This document shows, piece by piece, positions 14,932 through 22,548 of a stretch of DNA of 44,512 bases (the stretch's first letter is position 1; each line of letters begins with the position of its first letter). This DNA comes from Vulcanimicrobiaceae bacterium (GTDB taxonomy: Bacteria > Vulcanimicrobiota > Vulcanimicrobiia > Vulcanimicrobiales > Vulcanimicrobiaceae). The notes under the pieces are model-generated. The model saw only the letters and a program-made list of their open reading frames with translations. It was not told the origin of the DNA and ran no database searches. Made by a program: the position numbers and the translations under genes. The stretch lies in assembly GCA_050733775.1 (NCBI GenBank), contig JBOHTT010000242.1:1-44512 (forward strand), written 5' to 3'.

Positions 14932-15647
14932 GTCTTCTCCGGAATCTGCTGCTCCATCGGAATCGTCACGATGCGTGCCAGCTTGTCGTCGAAATACAGC
15001 TGGGTGACGTAGTTGTTGACGCTGTGCGGGTGCACGACGCGAGACTCCACGCGAAGGGCGTGCATCTCCAGACCCTGCCGCTGCGTCTTTCCGAGATAGC
15101 GCAACTTCACGAGCGGTTCGGTACCTGAGTTCATCGGGGCGAGGCGCTTCATCTTCACAAGCTCGCCGAGCAAGCGCTCCAGCGCCGCCTTCGGCAGCAA
15201 TCGCGCGGCGTCGTCGGGACGCGCCTGTAACTGCGTGAGATCGAGCGTCAATCGATCGTTGGCCTTCACCGGCTGGTTTTGCACGAATCGTGCCAGCGCG
15301 TCCCAATGATCGGAGGTAATGCCGACGAACTTACCGCCGACGCGCCATGCATTACCGCCGCGCAGCTTACCAGGGACGGAGTCCCCGGCCTTTTGTACCA
15401 GTGCGGTCACCGTATGCTCGTCGAGCGTCAAGAGCACCATAAACTCGTCATGCGTGACCTCGTCGTTCGTCAGAATGCCGAGGCCGCCGACGCTGATGTC
15501 GACCGCGAGCGCGGGCAGCAACGTGGTGCCGCGATCCAGCGAATACTGAACCTTAAAAGGCTTTTTCACACGAGGGTGTGCGCGCTCGACGTGACCGCGT
15601 TTCTTGTTACGGTCGGAACCGAAAAAAGGCACTGGCAAAAACCGCAC
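14928..15647 (-). CDS. PilZ-domain protein (paralogue 2)
   Basis: RAHPR (RxxxR) and DISVGG (DxSxxG). The C-terminal region PDDAARLLPKAALERLLGELVKMKRLAP...LRVESRVVH parallels paralogue 1. Confidence 0.75.
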   Translation of the reverse strand: MRFLPVPFFGSDRNKKRGHVERAHPRVKKPFKVQYSLDRGTTLLPALAVDISVGGLGILTNDEVTHDEFMVLLTLDEHTVTALVQKAGDSVPGKLRGGNAWRVGGKFVGITSDHWDALARFVQNQPVKANDRLTLDLTQLQARPDDAARLLPKAALERLLGELVKMKRLAPMNSGTEPLVKLRYLGKTQRQGLEMHALRVESRVVHPHSVNNYVTQLYFDDKLARIVTIPMEQQIPEKT

Positions 15648-15754
15648 CCGTTGAGTGTGGCGGGGAAGCCTGCAGTTTCGGCTGCGTACCGTCCGCCCCC
15701 CTGCCCGGGCAGATAAAAAGGCGGAGTACGGCCCCGACCGATAGTTATTCCATA

Positions 15755-17605
15755 GTGACCATCTCGACGCGCCTCTGGTTATCGGCGGCGGTTTCTCTTA
15801 TTGCCTTGGTGGCCTTTTGTGCTGCGCTCGTCGCCGAGCTGGGCGTGGCTCGAACGGCCGACGCAAACCGGGCGAATGCACGGGAGACGATTGGTGCGGC
15901 ACGCGCCGTTCTTTCTCTGCTGAAGGACCTGGAGACGGGTTCGCGCGGATTTGCGCTCACCGGCCAAGACCGCTATCTCGAGCCGGTGGCGGCCGGGCGC
16001 AAAGCACTGCCTGACACACTGCGCTCGCTGACGGAGCTCACGAGACTTGCGGATCGGCAAACGCGCGACGACGTCTTCACCCTCGAGCGGCTCGTGGTTC
16101 GAAATAACGCCGACATCGATCAGACCATCGCGTTGCGCCGTCATGGAACGAGCTCGTCTGACGTGCCGGTTGCGGCACTCGATCGAGGGAAGCGCGATAT
16201 GGATTCCGCGCGCGGCCTGGTCGCGAGAATCGACGAGCGCGTCCGGAACCGTCTTTCGGAAATCACCGCCGAGCTCGAGCGGACTCGCAACGCCTTGCTC
16301 CTCATCGTGCTCGGGGGCGCCGGCTTCGTCGCGTTCGTCGTCATCACGGCGACGGCACTGTCGCTGCGCGCTTTCGGCGCGCGATTGACTCGCTTGCAGC
16401 GCGCGCTCAACGATACAGGCCGCATTGGCGGCGGCAACGAGCTCATCGATACGGACGAGGCGGATTTCTCCGGCGTCGCGTCGGCGTTCAACGATATGGC
16501 GATTCGCCTGTCGAGCGAAGAGGTGCGGCGCGACGAGGCCGAGCGCAGCTTGCAGGTACTCAACGAATCGCTTACCTCGAAAGCGTCGGAGCTCGAAAGA
16601 TACTCGAGGACGGTGAATGTCGTTCGCCGCATGGCGGACCGGCTGCCCAGCTGCACCGACGAAGAAGAATTTTCAGCCGTCATTCGCAGCTTCGCACCGC
16701 AGCTCACAGGCGGGCGCGCCGGGGTGTTGTACTTGCTGAACAATTCGCGAAACTTGCTGCACGCGGGGTCGACCTGGGACAGCCCGGCGTCGAGTCTTGA
16801 CGAATTCACGCCGGAAGAATGCTGGGGGCTTCGCCGGGGACAAGAGCACGTCAGCGGCACAGGCCAAGTTGAGGTGACGTGCCCGCACATCGTGCAGAAC
16901 GGCAAGACGCATTGGTGCATGCCGCTGATCGCACAAAGCGAAACGGTCGGCTTACTGTATTTGGAGGGCGTCCCGCAAGAGAACGTCGACCACTACTCGC
17001 AAGACGAAGACGTCACGTACATGCTTCGCGAAACCGTCGCCCTGGGTCTCGTCAACCTGCGCTTGCGCGAAAAGCTGCAATCGCAGTCGGTCCGCGATCC
17101 GCTGACGGCGCTCTTCAACCGCCGCTATCTCGACGAATCGTTGGAGCTGGAATTCGCGCGAGCGATTCGTTCCGAGGAGCCGATCGCGGCCATCATGCTG
17201 GATATCGATCACTTCAAGAAATTCAACGATACCTTCGGACACGATGCAGGCGACGTGGTACTCAAAGAAGTTGCCGCCGTGCTCGCGCGCTCGACGCGCA
17301 AAGGCGATATTGCCGGACGCTTTGGCGGCGAAGAATTTCTTCTGATAATGCCGGGCGCCGACGCCGAGCGAGCGCTCACGCGAGCAGAAGCGATGCGCCG
17401 CGGAATCGCGTCTATCGACCTTCGCTTCGGAACTCAGCCGCTCGGACGCGTCACGGCGTCGTTCGGCGTTGCGATCTTTCCGACGGACGGCGACACGAGA
17501 GAAACGCTATTACACGCCGCCGATCAGGCGCTCTACGCGGCGAAGGCAGCCGGCCGCGACCGAGTGACTGCAGCCGCGTACGGCGGCACCGTCGTAAACG
17601 GCTAG
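15755..17605 (+). CDS. Diguanylate cyclase, CHASE3-HAMP-GAF-GGDEF
   Basis: N-terminal TM plus a CHASE3-like region (SLLKDLETGSRGFALTG). A second TM and a HAMP-like region follow, then a GAF-like middle. The GGDEF domain has active-site GGEEF and I-site RKGD five residues upstream. GTG 15755 was chosen because the 15578 ATG lies inside the divergent PilZ gene. Confidence 0.8.
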   Translation: MTISTRLWLSAAVSLIALVAFCAALVAELGVARTADANRANARETIGAARAVLSLLKDLETGSRGFALTGQDRYLEPVAAGRKALPDTLRSLTELTRLADRQTRDDVFTLERLVVRNNADIDQTIALRRHGTSSSDVPVAALDRGKRDMDSARGLVARIDERVRNRLSEITAELERTRNALLLIVLGGAGFVAFVVITATALSLRAFGARLTRLQRALNDTGRIGGGNELIDTDEADFSGVASAFNDMAIRLSSEEVRRDEAERSLQVLNESLTSKASELERYSRTVNVVRRMADRLPSCTDEEEFSAVIRSFAPQLTGGRAGVLYLLNNSRNLLHAGSTWDSPASSLDEFTPEECWGLRRGQEHVSGTGQVEVTCPHIVQNGKTHWCMPLIAQSETVGLLYLEGVPQENVDHYSQDEDVTYMLRETVALGLVNLRLREKLQSQSVRDPLTALFNRRYLDESLELEFARAIRSEEPIAAIMLDIDHFKKFNDTFGHDAGDVVLKEVAAVLARSTRKGDIAGRFGGEEFLLIMPGADAERALTRAEAMRRGIASIDLRFGTQPLGRVTASFGVAIFPTDGDTRETLLHAADQALYAAKAAGRDRVTAAAYGGTVVNG

Positions 17606-17970
17606 CGGCACTCCGGCGGAGACAGCGTGACGACGTGCTGACCGCGCGCGTTCAATACTTCGACGAACGTGAACGTTCGATACGGGTCGCGCGGATTGTT
17701 GCTGTTGTACGTCGCCGCCCACACCGCGCGCATCACGCCTGACGGCCCCGGGGTCTTCGACCACTTACCGGTATCGGGGCCCGAGAGCGCACCGTCGCGA
17801 ACGATCGCGAGCCTGCCCTTCACGCCCGTGACGTTGACACCGGCGAGCCCACCAGTGTCGCCGACTTTGTCGCGCAACGCCGCGAGATCGATCTGATCTC
17901 GCGAGATCGCGACCATCGGGTTGCACGCGGCGCTTACGGCAACCATGAAAGCGGCGCTCGCCAAAAACAT
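17602..17970 (-). CDS. Putative lipoprotein, unknown function
   Basis: The signal peptide has a lipobox-like VSAAC. 122 aa. Confidence 0.55.
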   Translation of the reverse strand: MFLASAAFMVAVSAACNPMVAISRDQIDLAALRDKVGDTGGLAGVNVTGVKGRLAIVRDGALSGPDTGKWSKTPGPSGVMRAVWAATYNSNNPRDPYRTFTFVEVLNARGQHVVTLSPPECR

Positions 17971-18000
17971 GGGAGGCCAGGTTGTTGGCCCTGGCCTCCC
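17971..18000 (-). terminator. GC-rich hairpin (11-bp stem, 8-nt loop) after the small CDS, abutting the next start codon
   Basis: gggaggccagg-ttgttggc-cctggcctccc. On the minus strand it is followed directly by ATGTTTTTGG, so the T-run is the first codons of the 17970 gene. Confidence 0.5.
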
Positions 18001-18021
18001 ATACCTCTCGCCTTCTTCGAA

Positions 18022-18243
18022 TTAGCTCTTGTTGCGAATGTCGCGCTTGCCTTCGTCGACCTCTGCCTCAACGTTGTGACGCGTTTCGTTCAGTGCCGAA
18101 CGTAGACGCTCGCCTTCCGTCATCGTGCCCGGATCGGAGTCCCGTTTGGCGCGCTCCATCCCCGCGGCCGAACGATGCTTGGCTTCGTCAACGGCATCGT
18201 GCATGTTTTTCGCAGCCTTCTCTAACTCTCGCTCGAGGCCCAT
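18022..18243 (-). CDS. Small highly charged protein (general-stress/CsbD-like in composition)
   Basis: 73 aa, MGLERELEKAAKNMHDAVDEAKHRS..., with a GAGGAG RBS 7 nt upstream. The longer 18651 ORF is rejected. Confidence 0.55.
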   Translation of the reverse strand: MGLERELEKAAKNMHDAVDEAKHRSAAGMERAKRDSDPGTMTEGERLRSALNETRHNVEAEVDEGKRDIRNKS

Positions 18244-18337
18244 GATGATTCTCCTCTCGTCTTGACGGTCGCGTTCTACCCCGAGTGATGGAGGCGGCAA
18301 ACCCGGTTGCCTGCGCAAGAGGCGGGGGAGGAGGGCG

Positions 18338-19102
18338 TTACTTGCGGGCGACGATGACGCCGAGCGGATGATGGAATCGGATTGCCGTGCCGTCGCGAAA
18401 CGGCTGTAATCCGGTAGCTTCGCCGCCTTCGATCTCGCGTTCGAAGACAGCGCGAAGCTCGTCGCGATGCGCGGCACCGGCAAGGTCGAGCCAATCTTCG
18501 AGATCGCGTATGCGATCTTGCGTGTACGCATCCACGGTTGCGATGCGATTCTGCGCAACGATTGCTTGAAGCTGCGACCATGAGAGCGTCGTGGCATGAG
18601 AGGGATCGCGCCGCCGCTCGAGCACGTTGGCGCGTGACGCCAGCTGCGCATCCTCAGGAGCCAAGAGATCGATGATTGCGATGCGCCCGCCCTTTCGAAC
18701 GACGCGTGTCATTTCAAGAACGGCGCGCTGCGGATCGGCAATGTGATGCAGCGAGAAGCGCGTGACGGCCAGATCGAACTCGCCGTCTTGGAACGGAAGC
18801 GATTCCGCTTCGCCTTCGACGAAGCGAACGTTCGTTATCCCTTCGCGCGACGCCGCCTGACGCGCGTTCTCGAGCATCGCCGGCGTGATGTCGACTGCCA
18901 CGACCTCACGTGCGCGCGGCGCGAGCGCCCGGCTCAGCAATCCACTTCCCGCCGCAACGTCCAAGACGCGATCGTTCTTGCCGACGTCGATGCGGTCCAG
19001 TATGGAGAGCAGGTCGTCCGTTACGGGGAGATGCCCCCAATGCTCGGCTTGTCGCGTAAAGCGCTCCAATACTGCTTCTTGCTGGCGTGACTGCGCGTCC
19101 AT
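18338..19102 (-). CDS. Class I SAM-dependent methyltransferase
   Basis: Motif I VLDVAAGSG and a Methyltransf_11-like core FDLAVTRFSLHH...GGRIAIIDL. ATG 19102 lies 1 nt after the upstream stop. Confidence 0.8.
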   Translation of the reverse strand: MDAQSRQQEAVLERFTRQAEHWGHLPVTDDLLSILDRIDVGKNDRVLDVAAGSGLLSRALAPRAREVVAVDITPAMLENARQAASREGITNVRFVEGEAESLPFQDGEFDLAVTRFSLHHIADPQRAVLEMTRVVRKGGRIAIIDLLAPEDAQLASRANVLERRRDPSHATTLSWSQLQAIVAQNRIATVDAYTQDRIRDLEDWLDLAGAAHRDELRAVFEREIEGGEATGLQPFRDGTAIRFHHPLGVIVARK

Positions 19103-19103
19103 A

Positions 19104-20534
19104 TTACCTCGTTCCAAGGCGAATGCCGAAAATCTTCGGGAGGGCGGCGCCGGCGCGAGCAAGCAACGGTGCGGGCTCTTCATCTTCGTCGGCTTCTTCG
19201 CAGCGGATGATTGCCGAGCGCACGAGGCGCGCGACGACCGTGCGAAAGGGTTCGGGAAAAATCATCGGGACTCTTCGGCGGCAAAAGAACGAGCGCGTCC
19301 ATTCGTCGTCCTGGCGCAAAACGAGCGACGCGAGAATATTTCCGCCGATCCACGACGGGTTGACGCCATGACCCGAATAACCGCAGCCATAGTGTAAGCC
19401 GCCGGGCTTCAGCGTGCCGAAGAACGGAACGCCGTCCGCGGACACGTCGATGGCGCCGCCCCATGCGTGCGTGACCGCGACGTTCCCGAGTCCGGGCAGC
19501 AACCGTCTCAATCCGGTCTCCGCGCGCGCCGCCGCGTCCGGACTGTTGTTCGTCCACGCGAGGCTGCCGTTGAAATCGATCGGTCCGGAACCGCTCCCCA
19601 TCGCGACGCGACCGTCTTCCGTCGTGCGGAAGTAGTGCAAGAACATCCGCGCGTCGTCTAATCCTTCACGGCCGGTCCATCCTATTTCTTGCAGCCGCTC
19701 GGGCACGGGCTCCGTGAGCACCATGAAGCTGCTGAAGTTCATCATGTGCGGTTGAAGGTCGGGCCGCGACGTCAGACGCGCATTGAGCGCGAGGACGACG
19801 TCGGGCGCGCGCAGCTTTCCATGCGGCGTAAGGACGACGTGCGGCGGGCCGACGCGGACGTTGTCGACCGGCGTGTTCTCGTAGATCTGAATGCCGCGCT
19901 GCAGTGCGGCGCGTCGCAACGCGCGCACGAGCCGCGCCGGTTGAACGGTTCCGGCCTCGGTGAGCCAAACGCCGGCGCGAAACACCGGCGAGATGCAGCG
20001 CTGCTGCACTTCTTCGGGCGTCAGCGGGACGGCTTTGTCCACGGCGCCGAGACGCTTCGCTGCGGCAATGGTTTGCTCGACGAAGACATCCTGCGCAGGC
20101 GAGCACGCGATCTTGACGATTCCGTTCTCGTGCCACCACACGTCGACGCCCGGCGCCGTGCAAAACGCACGGATCGCGTCCTGCGCTCGCGAACCCATGT
20201 GCGCGATCTCGAGCGCTATCGCATCGCCGAACCGCTGAGAGTATTTGGCCATGCCGTGCCAATAGCCGTGCACGAGGCCGCCGCTCTTGCCGCTCGCGCC
20301 CGCGCCGCATACGTTCGCTTCCACGAGCGCGATGCGCAGGTTCGGTGCCCGCTCGCGGAGGGAAAGCGCGGTCCACAACCCGGTGTAACCGCCGCCGACG
20401 ATCGCGACGTCGACGTCGAGCTTTTCTTCGAGCGAAGCGAGCGGGGGCGGATTACCTTCGAATGCGAGGGCTTCTTGCAGCCACCACGAGGGTTCGGATC
20501 CCGGACGGACGCTGGGGTAAAGGAGGCGCTGCAC
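19104..20534 (-). CDS. FAD-dependent oxidoreductase (DAO family, PuuB/OrdL-like)
   Basis: Dinucleotide fold VAIVGGGYTGLWTALSL. 476 aa. Confidence 0.75.
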   Translation of the reverse strand: MQRLLYPSVRPGSEPSWWLQEALAFEGNPPPLASLEEKLDVDVAIVGGGYTGLWTALSLRERAPNLRIALVEANVCGAGASGKSGGLVHGYWHGMAKYSQRFGDAIALEIAHMGSRAQDAIRAFCTAPGVDVWWHENGIVKIACSPAQDVFVEQTIAAAKRLGAVDKAVPLTPEEVQQRCISPVFRAGVWLTEAGTVQPARLVRALRRAALQRGIQIYENTPVDNVRVGPPHVVLTPHGKLRAPDVVLALNARLTSRPDLQPHMMNFSSFMVLTEPVPERLQEIGWTGREGLDDARMFLHYFRTTEDGRVAMGSGSGPIDFNGSLAWTNNSPDAAARAETGLRRLLPGLGNVAVTHAWGGAIDVSADGVPFFGTLKPGGLHYGCGYSGHGVNPSWIGGNILASLVLRQDDEWTRSFFCRRRVPMIFPEPFRTVVARLVRSAIIRCEEADEDEEPAPLLARAGAALPKIFGIRLGTR

Positions 20535-20575
20535 GCGGGCTCATTCGCTGCGCGCCTCGCAACTTCTCCAGGCGG

Positions 20576-21658
20576 CTATGCCGAGATCAGCCGTCGCTCT
20601 TCGGCGCTGATACGGTTGCCGGCCAGTCGCGCGTCGATCAGGGCAACCATCTCGTCGACGATCGGTGAGTGCATGTCGACTTGTGTCGCAATCGCCTGCA
20701 CGAGCCGGTCGGTGCGTTCGATATTGGTCGCGCCCTCGAAGAGCGCGCGCGCAGCAGAGCTGGGCGTCGAGAGATTCTGCGCTGCATCGGCATACTTCTC
20801 GAAGGGGACGAGGTCGCTCGGCGACGCGCCGAGCCTGATGCACAACTCGCAGACCCAGTTGAAAATGTCGCGGGAGACGTCGATATCGTTATGCACCGCT
20901 TCGCGGATCGAACGTGGTCCGCGCACCTGCACGCAGCGATAATTGCCGGCGATCAGCATCGGCCACTTCGCCAGCGGCACGAAAACGGAATCGAAGACCT
21001 TCAGCTTGACCGGAAGCTCCATATGATCGTGATAGCGCGCGACCGAAATATGCGCTTGGATCGTGCGCAAGATCTCCGTGTAGTCGTCGGACTCGAAGCG
21101 CGCCGCTTTGAAGTTCGTCGGCAGCGTCACTTGGAGAACGTTGATGTTTTGGCCGGAGTGCCGGAAGGCTTGCGGATCGGGACTGCACAGCGTCATGCAG
21201 GCCGGATCGAAATTCTCCCACACGGAGGCGTCGGTAAAACATGAGGACAGCGCATCGACGTCCAGGCCCGGAATGCGGCGCAGATACGGCGGCGGCGGCA
21301 TGTTCATGATCGACACGCACGGCACGCGCGCCTTCGCGATCTCATCCAGCAGCTCGCGAACGCCCGGGCTCGAATATTGCGGCTCTTGCATCGCCAGCGC
21401 GATGAGATCGTAATTCTTCGGATCGACGTCACCGGGTCCACACGCTGCAAGCGTGCCCGGCAATTCGCGGGAGTCGATCTCGAGCGGTTCGTGTTTGCCG
21501 CTGATGGGCAACCGCAGACGCAAACCGTTTCGGTTGATCGCTTCAGCGGTGCCGGGACGACAGACCAGCGTCACGTCGTGTCCGGCAAGCAGCATCTTGC
21601 TGCCAAGCAGTGAGCCATACGAAGCGCCGAGGATCAGAACGTCATAGGAAGTATGCAC
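20576..21658 (-). CDS. NAD(P)-binding oxidoreductase, ketopantoate-reductase (ApbA)-like N-terminus
   Basis: YDVLILGASYGSLLGSKMLLAGHDVTLVCRPGTAEAINRNGLRL resembles the ApbA/PanE N-domain. Function is uncertain. Confidence 0.5.
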   Translation of the reverse strand: MHTSYDVLILGASYGSLLGSKMLLAGHDVTLVCRPGTAEAINRNGLRLRLPISGKHEPLEIDSRELPGTLAACGPGDVDPKNYDLIALAMQEPQYSSPGVRELLDEIAKARVPCVSIMNMPPPPYLRRIPGLDVDALSSCFTDASVWENFDPACMTLCSPDPQAFRHSGQNINVLQVTLPTNFKAARFESDDYTEILRTIQAHISVARYHDHMELPVKLKVFDSVFVPLAKWPMLIAGNYRCVQVRGPRSIREAVHNDIDVSRDIFNWVCELCIRLGASPSDLVPFEKYADAAQNLSTPSSAARALFEGATNIERTDRLVQAIATQVDMHSPIVDEMVALIDARLAGNRISAEERRLISA

Positions 21659-21790
21659 CGCTACACTCCAAACCGGTCACCCGGCGGACCTCGTCGCCGA
21701 AGCGATTAGCCCCTCGAGAACGACGACATCCGGCCGCCGGGTTCACCCGCTTAGCGTACCCAACGGCAACGGCGGCGTCAGCGAAGTGTG

Positions 21791-21831
21791 CGCGAAATGC
21801 AGAAAAGGGCCCGCGAAATGCGGAAAACGCC
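21791..21831 (-). promoter_or_regulatory. Direct repeat with 21-bp period, candidate LytTR operator
   Basis: cgcgaaatgcagaaaagggc (21791-21810) and cgcgaaatgcggaaaacgcc (21812-21831) match at 17/20. A partial third copy, gcgaagtg, is at 21781. They lie between the LytTR gene stop and the next gene start (21658). Confidence 0.4.
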
Positions 21832-22548
21832 CTATAAGTCGAACGCGCTCCGAACGACCGGTGCGAAGTTGCGGCTGACGGGCACTTCCGAACGGGTTCG
21901 ATCGTCCACCCGTATGACGTAGGTGCCTCCCAGAAAGCCGTTTACCTCGACGACGTGCCGCGGGTTGACGATATAGGCGCGATGCACGCGCAGGAAGCCG
22001 TGGCGTTCCAAGCGCGTCGCGCACTCGCCGAGCGGTCCGCGAAAGCGGTAGGACTGATCGAACAGCTTCACCGTGACGATATGATCGCGCGCTTCCACAA
22101 AACGAATGTCCTCGATGCGCAGGAGCAACGTGCGTCCTTCATCGACCACCGGCAAACGCGCGTGTTCCGCCTGTTCCGGTTTTTTCTGCTCCGGTTGCGA
22201 ATGCAGGCGCCGCAGCGTATCGGTCAGTCGTTCCTCGCTCACCGGCTTGAGCAGATAGTCCGATGCTGCCACGTCGAACGCGCTTAGCGCGTAGTCGGGA
22301 TATGCCGTTACGAATACGACGTTCGTACGCTTCGGCAAGCGATTGATCACGGCCGCGGCATTGAGTCCGTCGAGACCCGGCATGCGGATGTCGAGAAAGA
22401 CCACGTCGAATTGCGCGTTTTGCAGCAAGGCCAGCGCTTCGACTGCGCTTTCGGCTTCCTCCACTTTCCAATCCGGCGCAACCCGTCCGAGCGTATAGAC
22501 GAGGTCCTTGCGGACGACGGGTTCGTCGTCGACGACGAGCGCTCTCAC
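21832..22548 (-). CDS. LytR/AlgR-family response regulator (REC + LytTR)
   Basis: ALVVDDEP...FLDIRMPGLDG...LKP receiver, with a C-terminal LytTR region (FLRVHRAYIVN). The GTG start overlaps the kinase stop (GTGA). Confidence 0.85.
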   Translation of the reverse strand: MRALVVDDEPVVRKDLVYTLGRVAPDWKVEEAESAVEALALLQNAQFDVVFLDIRMPGLDGLNAAAVINRLPKRTNVVFVTAYPDYALSAFDVAASDYLLKPVSEERLTDTLRRLHSQPEQKKPEQAEHARLPVVDEGRTLLLRIEDIRFVEARDHIVTVKLFDQSYRFRGPLGECATRLERHGFLRVHRAYIVNPRHVVEVNGFLGGTYVIRVDDRTRSEVPVSRNFAPVVRSAFDL

